Source of the DNA: a virus
Direction: 5' to 3' (one strand)
Virus record (IMG/VR): IMGVR_UViG_3300008113_000033
Coordinates: 8,943-72,942 of that record
DNA length: 64,000 bases
The first letter of the stretch is position 1; the number at the start of each line of letters is the position of its first letter. The position numbers and the translations under genes were made by a program. The notes under the pieces were generated by a model. The model ran no database searches. It was given only the letters and a program-made list of their open reading frames with translations, and was not told where the DNA came from. Shown piece after piece: positions 32,909-41,584 of the stretch.

Positions 32909-33538
32909 ATGATTACTAAATCAAATTTCTTTATTATCATTATATTGGTGTTGATCGGTGTGATTGTGGTTCAACAATGTACGTCTAATAATAGTACTGA
33001 AAATCCAATAATTAAGGTTGATGGTAAAAAATATGAACTACTAAAACATAAAATCGATACTGTTGTTGTAGATCATTATAAAACAAAATACATTAAAGGT
33101 TCAGATATATATCATGAAACTATAGTTGAAAAAGAAAAACGTGTTGAAGTACCTGTTTATTTAAAAGGTGATACTATTAGAATAGTTCAAGATTATCATA
33201 AAAAAGTACTATATAAAGACAAATTAGTATTAGATAATGATTTAGGTTCAATTGAAGTAACAGATACTATATCAATGAATAAAATTATTGGACGTAAATG
33301 GAACGCTCAAATTAAAGAACGCACAATTACTGATACTAAAATAGTAAAAGAACTACCTAAAAATCAAGTATATATTGGCGTAGGTGGGGTTGTTGGTAAT
33401 TCATTAGTATTAGCTGGTCCAACCTTATCACTGAAAACGAAAAAAGACAATATTTATGGTCTGAACGTATATGTTGACAACAATTTAAATAAATATATTG
33501 GGGTTAACTTAGCTTGGAAAATAAAACTAAAAAAATAA
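32909..33538 (+). CDS. membrane-anchored protein, possibly lysis/spanin-associated
   Basis: N-terminal TM helix followed by Cys (VVQQC); beta-rich C-terminus ending YIGVNLAWKI. Confidence 0.6.
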   Translation: MITKSNFFIIIILVLIGVIVVQQCTSNNSTENPIIKVDGKKYELLKHKIDTVVVDHYKTKYIKGSDIYHETIVEKEKRVEVPVYLKGDTIRIVQDYHKKVLYKDKLVLDNDLGSIEVTDTISMNKIIGRKWNAQIKERTITDTKIVKELPKNQVYIGVGGVVGNSLVLAGPTLSLKTKKDNIYGLNVYVDNNLNKYIGVNLAWKIKLKK

Positions 33539-33981
33539 TGACTCAGAAAGAACAATTGCGTATCATGGTTAAACAAATGATCGCAGAAGCCGTTTCTCAC
33601 CGTATCGCTCAAATCGATGAAGCTGGTGATATTGCAGCTAACGAAGCAAAAATGGTTCGTATTCAGCAAGAATATAAAAAAGCAGGTAGCGTAAAACAAT
33701 TAATGGAAAAAGTTAACCTATCTCACTACATTGGCGAAAAACTATATGCTAAAGTAATGGAAGAGATGGATAAATCAATAAATGAATATGAAGGTGCTCG
33801 ATTGGAACTTGAGGAAAAAATGTCAGGAGGTAAAGACGCTGATAAAAAAGATAAAAAGAAAGGTGCTAAGTCTGACAAAAAAGACGAGAAGCCAGAGGAA
33901 AAAGATGAAGTTCTAGAAACTGAAAAAACAATTGCTGAAGAACCAGTTGTTGAATTAGAAATTGATGCAACTCAATTATAA
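33538..33981 (+). CDS. hypothetical protein with LRIMVKQMIAE leader
   Basis: TAATG overlap places the start at 33538; charged C-terminal tail. Confidence 0.7.
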   Translation: MTQKEQLRIMVKQMIAEAVSHRIAQIDEAGDIAANEAKMVRIQQEYKKAGSVKQLMEKVNLSHYIGEKLYAKVMEEMDKSINEYEGARLELEEKMSGGKDADKKDKKKGAKSDKKDEKPEEKDEVLETEKTIAEEPVVELEIDATQL

Positions 33982-33983
33982 TA

Positions 33984-34448
33984 ATGACTAAAAAAGAATT
34001 AGCAGATAAAGTAAGAGCAGCAGCACAAAAGATTGCGGGAAATAATAATAAATTAGAAACCCCAACTGCTGCTGCTTTTAAATATTCTCCAATGTTGGAG
34101 AAATTTCCTAAATTACAGGAAACATTAATTACATTAATGTCTCAAGACTTTACTGCATTCGTTGAAAATATTGAATGGGTAGCACCTCGTCCTACTACAT
34201 TTAAGGTTACATTAAAAAACTTTAACACATACCACCTAATTTGGACTGGTACTGAATTTACAGCTCGTGTAGCAGGTACCCAGTACAACTTAGCTAATTT
34301 AGGTGAAGAGCAACGTGCTATTAAAGCAATACAAGAATTGTTAATTACAGGCCCTATCAACCCAGATAAAGGTTCAGCTACACCATCTCAAAATCTAAAT
34401 GCTGCTCCTGAAGAGGCGCCAGCTGAAGAAACACCTGCTGAAGCATAA
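33984..34448 (+). CDS. hypothetical protein
   Basis: 154-aa ORF; WVAPRPTTFKV; acidic Pro/Ala tail. Confidence 0.75.
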   Translation: MTKKELADKVRAAAQKIAGNNNKLETPTAAAFKYSPMLEKFPKLQETLITLMSQDFTAFVENIEWVAPRPTTFKVTLKNFNTYHLIWTGTEFTARVAGTQYNLANLGEEQRAIKAIQELLITGPINPDKGSATPSQNLNAAPEEAPAEETPAEA

Positions 34449-35581
34449 TGAATGTTATAACTAGATTTTTGGAGCATTATTCATTCCGTTTTCCTAAAGG
34501 ATATCCAGATATGAATAATCTTGAGGATAAGGCTCTATTATATGAAATATTAGAGGAATTAGATGTAGTTAATGAAAATTTTAGACCATTATCGTTTTTT
34601 GATTTAAAAAAACGTGGTGGGTTTAGATTTAAAATTGTTGCTGATAAAATAGCAAAAAAATCTCCATTTTCACTTAATCAAGGCAATCCAAAAACCCTTT
34701 CATTCATTGATCCAGAATATCAATCAGCATTCGAAAATGCGGATGATAATAAAATAAAACAATTAGCTGGATCCAACGTTAATACATTCACATTTTTTGA
34801 AGATGAAGCGGGTGAAGAATATTCAATTCAAGATTTATCAAAAGATAAGGATTTCGGAGGTAAAGGAGCTGGATCAGGTACTGTAGTTGAAGATTCTAAT
34901 TTAAGAGCATTAAATGATAAAATTCAATCATTAATTGAACAAAATGATGTTGAATCTATTAGTGTTATTGTAAATGGTAAAAAGTTTGATAGTATTGTAG
35001 GGGCTAAAAGTCAATTTGGTACTCCTAAAGCTGATTTCAATTTAATAGATTCAGAAGAAAAACCAATAGTATTTATATCACATAAGAAAGCAGGTGGTAA
35101 AGGTGCTACAGCTGGGGATTTTATTAGATGGAGTGGTTATACAATGTATGCTGAACACCCAGAAGTTAAAGCATTTAATGAAGCTTTAGTTAAGTTTTTA
35201 CAAGATAATAATCTACAAGGATTACCTAATAAAACTAGATTTATTTCACCTATACAAGATGGTGAATTAATTCAAAAATTAATTTATGGTCCTGATTATG
35301 GTGGAGCAAATAGTAAAGATAATGTAAACATTATTCTACAAGGTGAAATTGACTTAGTACCTAAAGGAAATAACACATATGAGCTAACAGCACAACATGT
35401 TCAAGCTCCACCTAGTTTACCTGAAGATGAGTATCAACCATATTTATCATCATCATATCGTGCTGATAGAGAAATGTTCGGAATACCAAACAATGAAGCT
35501 ATAGTAATGACTAAAGCAGTATCAACTACAGCATCAAATGTATACGAACTTAAAAATGGAGAGTTTGTAAAAGTAAAATAA
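34448..35581 (+). CDS. putative PD-(D/E)XK-fold nuclease with N-terminal leader
   Basis: GTPKADFNL...VFISHKK restriction-endonuclease-like core; leader FPKGYPDMNN..LYEILEE..VNE. Confidence 0.55.
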   Translation: MNVITRFLEHYSFRFPKGYPDMNNLEDKALLYEILEELDVVNENFRPLSFFDLKKRGGFRFKIVADKIAKKSPFSLNQGNPKTLSFIDPEYQSAFENADDNKIKQLAGSNVNTFTFFEDEAGEEYSIQDLSKDKDFGGKGAGSGTVVEDSNLRALNDKIQSLIEQNDVESISVIVNGKKFDSIVGAKSQFGTPKADFNLIDSEEKPIVFISHKKAGGKGATAGDFIRWSGYTMYAEHPEVKAFNEALVKFLQDNNLQGLPNKTRFISPIQDGELIQKLIYGPDYGGANSKDNVNIILQGEIDLVPKGNNTYELTAQHVQAPPSLPEDEYQPYLSSSYRADREMFGIPNNEAIVMTKAVSTTASNVYELKNGEFVKVK

Positions 35582-35631
35582 CATTTAGAACGATTCATAG
35601 CCGTTCGACTTAATATTAAAAATGGATCTGT

Positions 35632-35659
35632 GGCCCAATCGAAAGATTGGGCCTTTCTT
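35632..35659 (+). terminator. intrinsic terminator
   Basis: GGCCCAATC-GAAA-GATTGGGCC followed by TTTCTT. Confidence 0.75.
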
Positions 35660-35690
35660 AATTATATTTAAAAGCAATTTAAAATTTATT

Positions 35691-37016
35691 ATGGACAAAA
35701 AAATTATAATAGTAGGTGCTGGAGTAGCGGGTATTAACGCTGCTACCAAATTAGTGGATAATGGATATCCGGGTGAATTAATCACAATTATTGATAAAGG
35801 AAATGATCCACATAATCGTTTACCTGAAGAAGTAATGACAGGTATGTTAGGTGCTGGTGGATGGTCAGATGGTAAACTAACTTATCATACTGAAATCGGT
35901 GGTCAATTATCAAAATATTGTGGAGATGAGAAGGCAATGGAATTGATGAAACAAGTAGTAGATAATTTTACTCGTTTTCATCCAAAACCAGATGAAATAT
36001 TTATGTCTGATCCAATTGCTGAGCCTGAATTTATCAAACCATATTTTGGATTACGTTTATTTCCAGTATGGCATATTGGTTCAAATTATCTACATGAAAT
36101 CGCTAAAGCGTGGTATTCATATTTAACTGATAAAGGTGTTACATTTAAATGGAATGCAGAAGTATCAGCTATTGATTTTAAAGCCGAATATATTGATATT
36201 AAAGATAGTTTAGAAGTAATATCATATGATGAATTAATATTTGCAGTAGGTAAATCAGGTATTGACTTTGCTCAATCATTATCCGACAAATATACATTAC
36301 CTACAGAACCTAAATCAGTACAAATTGGTGTTCGATTTGAAGCACCACAAAAATATTTTCAAAAATTAATCGATATCAGCTATGATTTCAAACTTTATCA
36401 GAAATTCGATAACGTATCTCTTCGTAGTTTCTGCACTAACAATAACGCTGCTTATGTGGCCGTTGAGGAAACTTATGGTGATGTTACTTACAATGGTCAT
36501 GCGAAAAAAGGGGAACAATTCCGGAACGATATGACTAACTTCGGTATCCTAATGGAAATTAAGGGTATCGAAGATCCATTTGCTTGGAGTAGAGATGTAG
36601 TACAAACACTACAAAAACACGGAACTGGATTATATTATTCACCATCTAGAAAGCCATCTACTACATCTGAAGGCGCAACAGTATCAGCTGTACCAATTAG
36701 TTTAGATGCACTTGCTCATCAGGTTGAACCTGCACTTGATGGATATTTTAAATATGTTTGGGATTTTATTCAAGATATGAATAAAATATTTGAATTTGGA
36801 GATGATTGGGGAATGTATATCCCTGAAGTTAAGTACTTATCGCCTGAACCGTTAGTTAATTACTATGATTTATCATTAAACGACTATCCTAATGTACATT
36901 TTGTAGGCGATGCGTTATCAGCTCGTGGAATTACAGTATCAGGTGCACATGGTATTTATGTTGCTGAAAAATTGATTCAAAGAGATATATTAGAACAAAT
37001 AACAGGAGTAGAGTAA
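35691..37016 (+). CDS. FAD-dependent oxidoreductase (NAD(FAD)-utilising dehydrogenase family)
   Basis: IIIVGAGVAG Rossmann motif, GAGGWSDGKL, GVRFE, RSFCTN, FVGD..RGI..SG..G; start set at ATG 35691, downstream of the terminator. Confidence 0.85.
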   Translation: MDKKIIIVGAGVAGINAATKLVDNGYPGELITIIDKGNDPHNRLPEEVMTGMLGAGGWSDGKLTYHTEIGGQLSKYCGDEKAMELMKQVVDNFTRFHPKPDEIFMSDPIAEPEFIKPYFGLRLFPVWHIGSNYLHEIAKAWYSYLTDKGVTFKWNAEVSAIDFKAEYIDIKDSLEVISYDELIFAVGKSGIDFAQSLSDKYTLPTEPKSVQIGVRFEAPQKYFQKLIDISYDFKLYQKFDNVSLRSFCTNNNAAYVAVEETYGDVTYNGHAKKGEQFRNDMTNFGILMEIKGIEDPFAWSRDVVQTLQKHGTGLYYSPSRKPSTTSEGATVSAVPISLDALAHQVEPALDGYFKYVWDFIQDMNKIFEFGDDWGMYIPEVKYLSPEPLVNYYDLSLNDYPNVHFVGDALSARGITVSGAHGIYVAEKLIQRDILEQITGVE

Positions 37017-37062
37017 AATATTTGTTTCCTAATTATATTTATATTAAACAAACATTAATATT

Positions 37063-37383
37063 ATGAAAACAGAAAGACGGGGTAGACCCAAAAATCGTGA
37101 AACGTTAATTACTGAAGGTGTGATCCAACCACAAAAACATAAATATACTCGTGAATTTAATCATGCAGATGGTACGAGAGATGTATGGACATACGATCTA
37201 GACAAAAACCCATCCGGACCTATATCGGTAGAATGTTTTTATCCTAAGGGATATAATCATATTCTTGATTATACTCATAGAGATAATCATTGGATTCCTG
37301 TTGCTCATAGAACATACATTAATCCAAAGAATGGTAAAGAAGTTAGTCACAATAAAGCATTAACATTAGGTTTAGCACGATGA
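37063..37383 (+). CDS. hypothetical protein with N-terminal AT-hook-like RRGRPK
   Basis: 106-aa ORF; TTTCC-N4-TATATTTA upstream. Confidence 0.7.
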   Translation: MKTERRGRPKNRETLITEGVIQPQKHKYTREFNHADGTRDVWTYDLDKNPSGPISVECFYPKGYNHILDYTHRDNHWIPVAHRTYINPKNGKEVSHNKALTLGLAR

Positions 37384-37904
37384 AAATAGGTTTAGCAGGT
37401 ACAATGTCTGTAGGTAAAACTACATTGGTTAAAGCATTATTAGAATTAGATGAGTTTAAGGATTATATTGGGTGTGTTGAACGATCTAAATATTTAAGTG
37501 ATTTAGGTATCCCATTAAATACTGACTCTAGTGTTAAAGGTCAGTTGGTTTTCATTGCTGAGCGTGCGAGTGAATTATTTAATGATAATCTATTAACTGA
37601 CAGAACAGTATATGATGTTTGCGCATTTACTAAAGAAGCTAAGTCGATTAAGTCTAATGAAAAAGAGATATTATTTGACGCAGCTATGTTGTTGGCTAAG
37701 CAATACGATATTATTTTTTATGTATCGCCCGAAGGTGTAGAAATAGAAAATAATGGTATTCGTGAAACGAATCCTGAATATCGGGATAGGATAGATAAAT
37801 CTATTAAATGGTTTTTAAAAACATATCCTGCTAAACGTGTAGTTGAAATTAAAGGTAGTACTGATGAAAGAATTGCTATCATATTAAATGAGTTAAAAAA
37901 ATAA
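37380..37904 (+). CDS. P-loop nucleotide kinase (NadR/AAA_28-like)
   Basis: GTMSVGKTT, TDRTVYD, YD.IFY, ENNGIR, IKGSTDER. Confidence 0.82.
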   Translation: MKIGLAGTMSVGKTTLVKALLELDEFKDYIGCVERSKYLSDLGIPLNTDSSVKGQLVFIAERASELFNDNLLTDRTVYDVCAFTKEAKSIKSNEKEILFDAAMLLAKQYDIIFYVSPEGVEIENNGIRETNPEYRDRIDKSIKWFLKTYPAKRVVEIKGSTDERIAIILNELKK

Positions 37905-37945
37905 TAATATTTATAATAGACAATTTCTATTCAAAAAACAAAATA

Positions 37946-38872
37946 ATGGAAGATAAATTAAAAGAAATAATTGATAAGATAGTACGTGAGGAAATTATGG
38001 GTGAGGGTAATAAATTATATACCTTAAAAAACCAAGCAGACGCTAATAAGGGTCTCCCAATAACTACTGACCCAGATGATGCAACAGAAAAATCACCAGC
38101 ATTCACCCAAAAATATAAACCAGTTAGTGAAATGGCTCGTGCGGCTGAAGTAAAATATTCATTAAAACCAGATTTCCGTTCTGATTTAACAGACGTACAA
38201 GGTAAATTATCAAAATCTGAATTTAGAAGTTTAGTTGATATTGTTAAAGTATTAAAAGATAAAGGAGAAGCATTAACAGCAACAGATATTTTAAAGTTTC
38301 ATAATGAAGCTAATCCTGATCGCCAATACGCATCACAACAAAGTTTTATCCGTCCATTGGTTATCGGAGCAATTGGAAAGAAAAAAATATCATATGATGA
38401 ACTGCCGTTTAGTGCCTCACAAAAAGATGTGTCAACAGGATTTGAAAAAGCTACAGGTGTGGTTACTCCATCTCAAGACCGCGGTTCAAAATTCGGTCGT
38501 GATATTGAGTATACTGCTGCTACTCAAGCTAATCCAGATTACATGCTTCCTGCAGATCGTGCAGCATTGGCTGCCAAAACATTAGATTATAAACGTGCTC
38601 GTGAAGCATATCGTAAAGCCGATAATGCAGATGCTAAACAACAATATGTTGATAAAATGCAATCTATGGTAGCTAATGATGATGAGTTAGGACAAGAAAT
38701 TGCTCAACAATATGCTGATGGATTAATCCAAACACAAGATCCAGTTACTTTAGAATTAGCTAAAAAATTCCGTATTACTAAAAAGAAATATGGTATACCT
38801 AAAATTTCGGATAAAGAAACTAGAGATGCTGCTGCTATTGTAGGTGCTGAAGACGCTGAAGCAGAAGTATAA
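37946..38872 (+). CDS. putative internal head protein
   Basis: MEDKLKEIIDKIVREE leader; VSE-MAR internal site; flanked by ATATTTAT and a terminator. Confidence 0.65.
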   Translation: MEDKLKEIIDKIVREEIMGEGNKLYTLKNQADANKGLPITTDPDDATEKSPAFTQKYKPVSEMARAAEVKYSLKPDFRSDLTDVQGKLSKSEFRSLVDIVKVLKDKGEALTATDILKFHNEANPDRQYASQQSFIRPLVIGAIGKKKISYDELPFSASQKDVSTGFEKATGVVTPSQDRGSKFGRDIEYTAATQANPDYMLPADRAALAAKTLDYKRAREAYRKADNADAKQQYVDKMQSMVANDDELGQEIAQQYADGLIQTQDPVTLELAKKFRITKKKYGIPKISDKETRDAAAIVGAEDAEAEV

Positions 38873-38900
38873 GATTTTTCATAATAATGTTTGTTTATTT

Positions 38901-38933
38901 AGAGAGTCCGCTTTTAGCGGACTTTTCTTTTTC
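38901..38933 (+). terminator. intrinsic terminator
   Basis: AGTCCGC-TTTTA-GCGGACT followed by a T-rich tract. Confidence 0.8.
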
Positions 38934-38954
38934 TATATATTTATATACAAAACG

Positions 38955-39221
38955 ATGAAACAGGAATCTAATAATATTACTGATACATTTTTTACAAAAT
39001 TAAAAGAGCAATCATTTACAATTATTCTTTTGGTTGGAATATTATATTATCAAAATGTGAATTTTAAGTCACAAATTGAAGAATATAAAAAAATGATTGA
39101 TGATAAAGAAGCATTAGTTTTAAAATTAACTGAAGACGAACGACAAAGGTTATTAGAACGAGAAAAATATCTACGTGAGCAACGTGATAAATTTATTGAA
39201 GATTTAATTAACAGAAAATGA
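38955..39221 (+). CDS. single-TM coiled-coil protein
   Basis: FTIILLVGILYY followed by a coiled coil; start moved downstream of the terminator and ATATTTAT. Confidence 0.65.
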   Translation: MKQESNNITDTFFTKLKEQSFTIILLVGILYYQNVNFKSQIEEYKKMIDDKEALVLKLTEDERQRLLEREKYLREQRDKFIEDLINRK

Positions 39222-39955
39222 CAAGAAACGAAGCATTATATAACGCAAAATTAGCCGTATTAGCTTATTCTAAACAAGAAGAAATTAAGTGGGATGAATA
39301 CGGATTGGAATTAGTTAAGTGGATTGAAAATAAAAAATCAGATACGCAAGGATTTGTAGCAACAAAAGGTAAAACTATATATGTAGTTTGGAGAGGTAGT
39401 GAATCAAAAAAGGATTTCCAAAACGATGCTTCAATTGATAAAGTACCATTTATAAACGAAGGTGAGAAAGTACATATTGGATTTAAAAGTTCATGGGAAT
39501 CGGTATTAGATGATACATACAATGCAATTGATACTGCATTAGAAAATCTACAAGGTAAAGCTACGGATATTGTAGTTTGTGGACATAGTTTAGGTGGAGC
39601 AGTAGCAACATTGTATGCACATTCAATTAAGAAACACTATCCACATTATAACGTTAAATCAACAACTATTGGTAGTCCAAGAGTAGGTAATAAAGTATTT
39701 AAGGAAAATTACGATAATAGTGGTATAGATACTCTACGAATAGTACATAAAAATGATTTAGTAACTCATGTACCATATATTAGATTTCATCACGTAAACT
39801 ATCAAATAAGATTAGATACAGATGGTAATATATTAAAAAAAGAATCATCATTAAAATCACTTTGGTTATATCTTAAAGCATTATTTTCAGGTAAAACTGT
39901 CAAAGACCATATGGGTGATGGGTATTTAAAAGCATTAGAAAACTGGACTAAATGA
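39218..39955 (+). CDS. class 3 lipase (alpha/beta hydrolase)
   Basis: VVWRGS, VHIGF, GHSLGG nucleophile elbow, GSPRVGN, DLVTHVP and a C-terminal His (DHM). Confidence 0.9.
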   Translation: MTRNEALYNAKLAVLAYSKQEEIKWDEYGLELVKWIENKKSDTQGFVATKGKTIYVVWRGSESKKDFQNDASIDKVPFINEGEKVHIGFKSSWESVLDDTYNAIDTALENLQGKATDIVVCGHSLGGAVATLYAHSIKKHYPHYNVKSTTIGSPRVGNKVFKENYDNSGIDTLRIVHKNDLVTHVPYIRFHHVNYQIRLDTDGNILKKESSLKSLWLYLKALFSGKTVKDHMGDGYLKALENWTK

Positions 39956-41523
39956 GCGAACAAAGTATAAAGGATATAATGCGGCAGGAGTATGTTAAAT
40001 GTTTAACAGATCCTATCCACTTTATGCGCAAGTACTGTATGGTACAACACCCAACTAGGGGGCGTGTAAATTTTAACTTATATCCATTCCAAGAACAAGT
40101 ATTAAAATTATGGTTAAAAAATGATTATACAATCATTAATAAATCACGTCAATTAGGTATATCAACATTAGCTGCTGGTTTTTCATTATGGACAATGTTG
40201 TTTCATAAAGATAAAACAGTATTATGTATTGCAACTAAACAATCAACAGCTGTGAATATGGTAGATAAGGTACAATTTATGTACCAACAATTACCAGCTT
40301 GGCTTAAAGGTAAAGATAAACCTGATTCAAATAACAAATTATCATTAAAATTATCTAATGGGTCCCAAATTGTAGCATCATCAGCTGCTTCAGATGCTGG
40401 TCGATCATATGCTGTATCATTACTACTAATTGATGAGGCTGCATTTATTGATGGGATTGATCGAATCTATACCGCAATTAAACCTACAATTTCATCTGGT
40501 GGTGGGTGTATAGCATTATCATCACCAAACGGTATTGGTAACTGGTTCCATAAAACTTGGGTTAGTGCTATTAATAATGAAAACTCATTTTTACCAATTA
40601 AATTACCTTGGGATGTGCATCCTGAACGTGATACTCAATGGTTTGAAAATGAAAAGGCTAATATGGGCCCCCAAGAAATTGCCCAAGAATATGAGTGTGA
40701 CTTTTTAGCTTCTGGAAATAACGTTGTAACAAACGATATTTTAGAATACTATGAGCAAAATTATATTATGGATCCTGTCGAAAGACGTGGTATGAGTGGT
40801 GATTTTTGGATATGGGAATATCCAAATCCATCCGAAACATATATTGTGTGTGCTGACGTTGCCCGTGGTGATGGAAGTGACTACTCTGCTTTTCATATCA
40901 TAGCAACTAAAGAATTCAGACAAGTAGCTGAATTTAAATCTAAAATCGGTACTCGTGAATTTGCAAATGCATTAGTTACAGCAGCAACTGAATATAATTC
41001 AGCATTATTAGTAGTTGAAAACGCAAATATTGGTTGGGATGTCCTAAACTCAATTGTTGAACGTGGATATCAAAATTTATATTACTCACCTAAAGGTGGT
41101 GATTTATCTATTGATAATTTTATATCTAAAATGGAAAATGACCAGACAGTTCAAGGTATAACTAACTCGGGTAAAACACGCCCGTTATTTATTTCTAAAT
41201 TAGAATCTACATTACGTGAGAAACAATTTGTGTTTCAATCTAAACGTATGTTAGAGGAATTAAGAACATTTATTTGGGAAAATGGTAAAGCACAAGCACA
41301 AGGGGGATATAATGATGACTTAACAATGGCATTATCATTTGGATTATATATTAGAGATACAGCATTAGTTTATCATCAAAATGGATTAGATATAACTAAA
41401 GCAGCATTAAATAATATCAATGTAGCATCATCAGGTATCAGTTCAGGAACTTATATAGATAATAATCCATGGCAGATGAAAGATAGCTATGGCAATACAG
41501 AATCATTAAATTGGCTCCTTTAA
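39952..41523 (+). CDS. terL: terminase large subunit (T4 gp17-like)
   Basis: KSRQLGIS Walker A, LLIDEAAF Walker B, SSPNG, QEYECDF, ADVARGDGSDYS, VENAN, NDDLTMA. Confidence 0.95.
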   Translation: MSEQSIKDIMRQEYVKCLTDPIHFMRKYCMVQHPTRGRVNFNLYPFQEQVLKLWLKNDYTIINKSRQLGISTLAAGFSLWTMLFHKDKTVLCIATKQSTAVNMVDKVQFMYQQLPAWLKGKDKPDSNNKLSLKLSNGSQIVASSAASDAGRSYAVSLLLIDEAAFIDGIDRIYTAIKPTISSGGGCIALSSPNGIGNWFHKTWVSAINNENSFLPIKLPWDVHPERDTQWFENEKANMGPQEIAQEYECDFLASGNNVVTNDILEYYEQNYIMDPVERRGMSGDFWIWEYPNPSETYIVCADVARGDGSDYSAFHIIATKEFRQVAEFKSKIGTREFANALVTAATEYNSALLVVENANIGWDVLNSIVERGYQNLYYSPKGGDLSIDNFISKMENDQTVQGITNSGKTRPLFISKLESTLREKQFVFQSKRMLEELRTFIWENGKAQAQGGYNDDLTMALSFGLYIRDTALVYHQNGLDITKAALNNINVASSGISSGTYIDNNPWQMKDSYGNTESLNWLL

Positions 41524-41584
41524 ATTTCTTTGTTATGTTTGTATATTTATAACATATACTACATATTGAGTAACACAAAATAAT

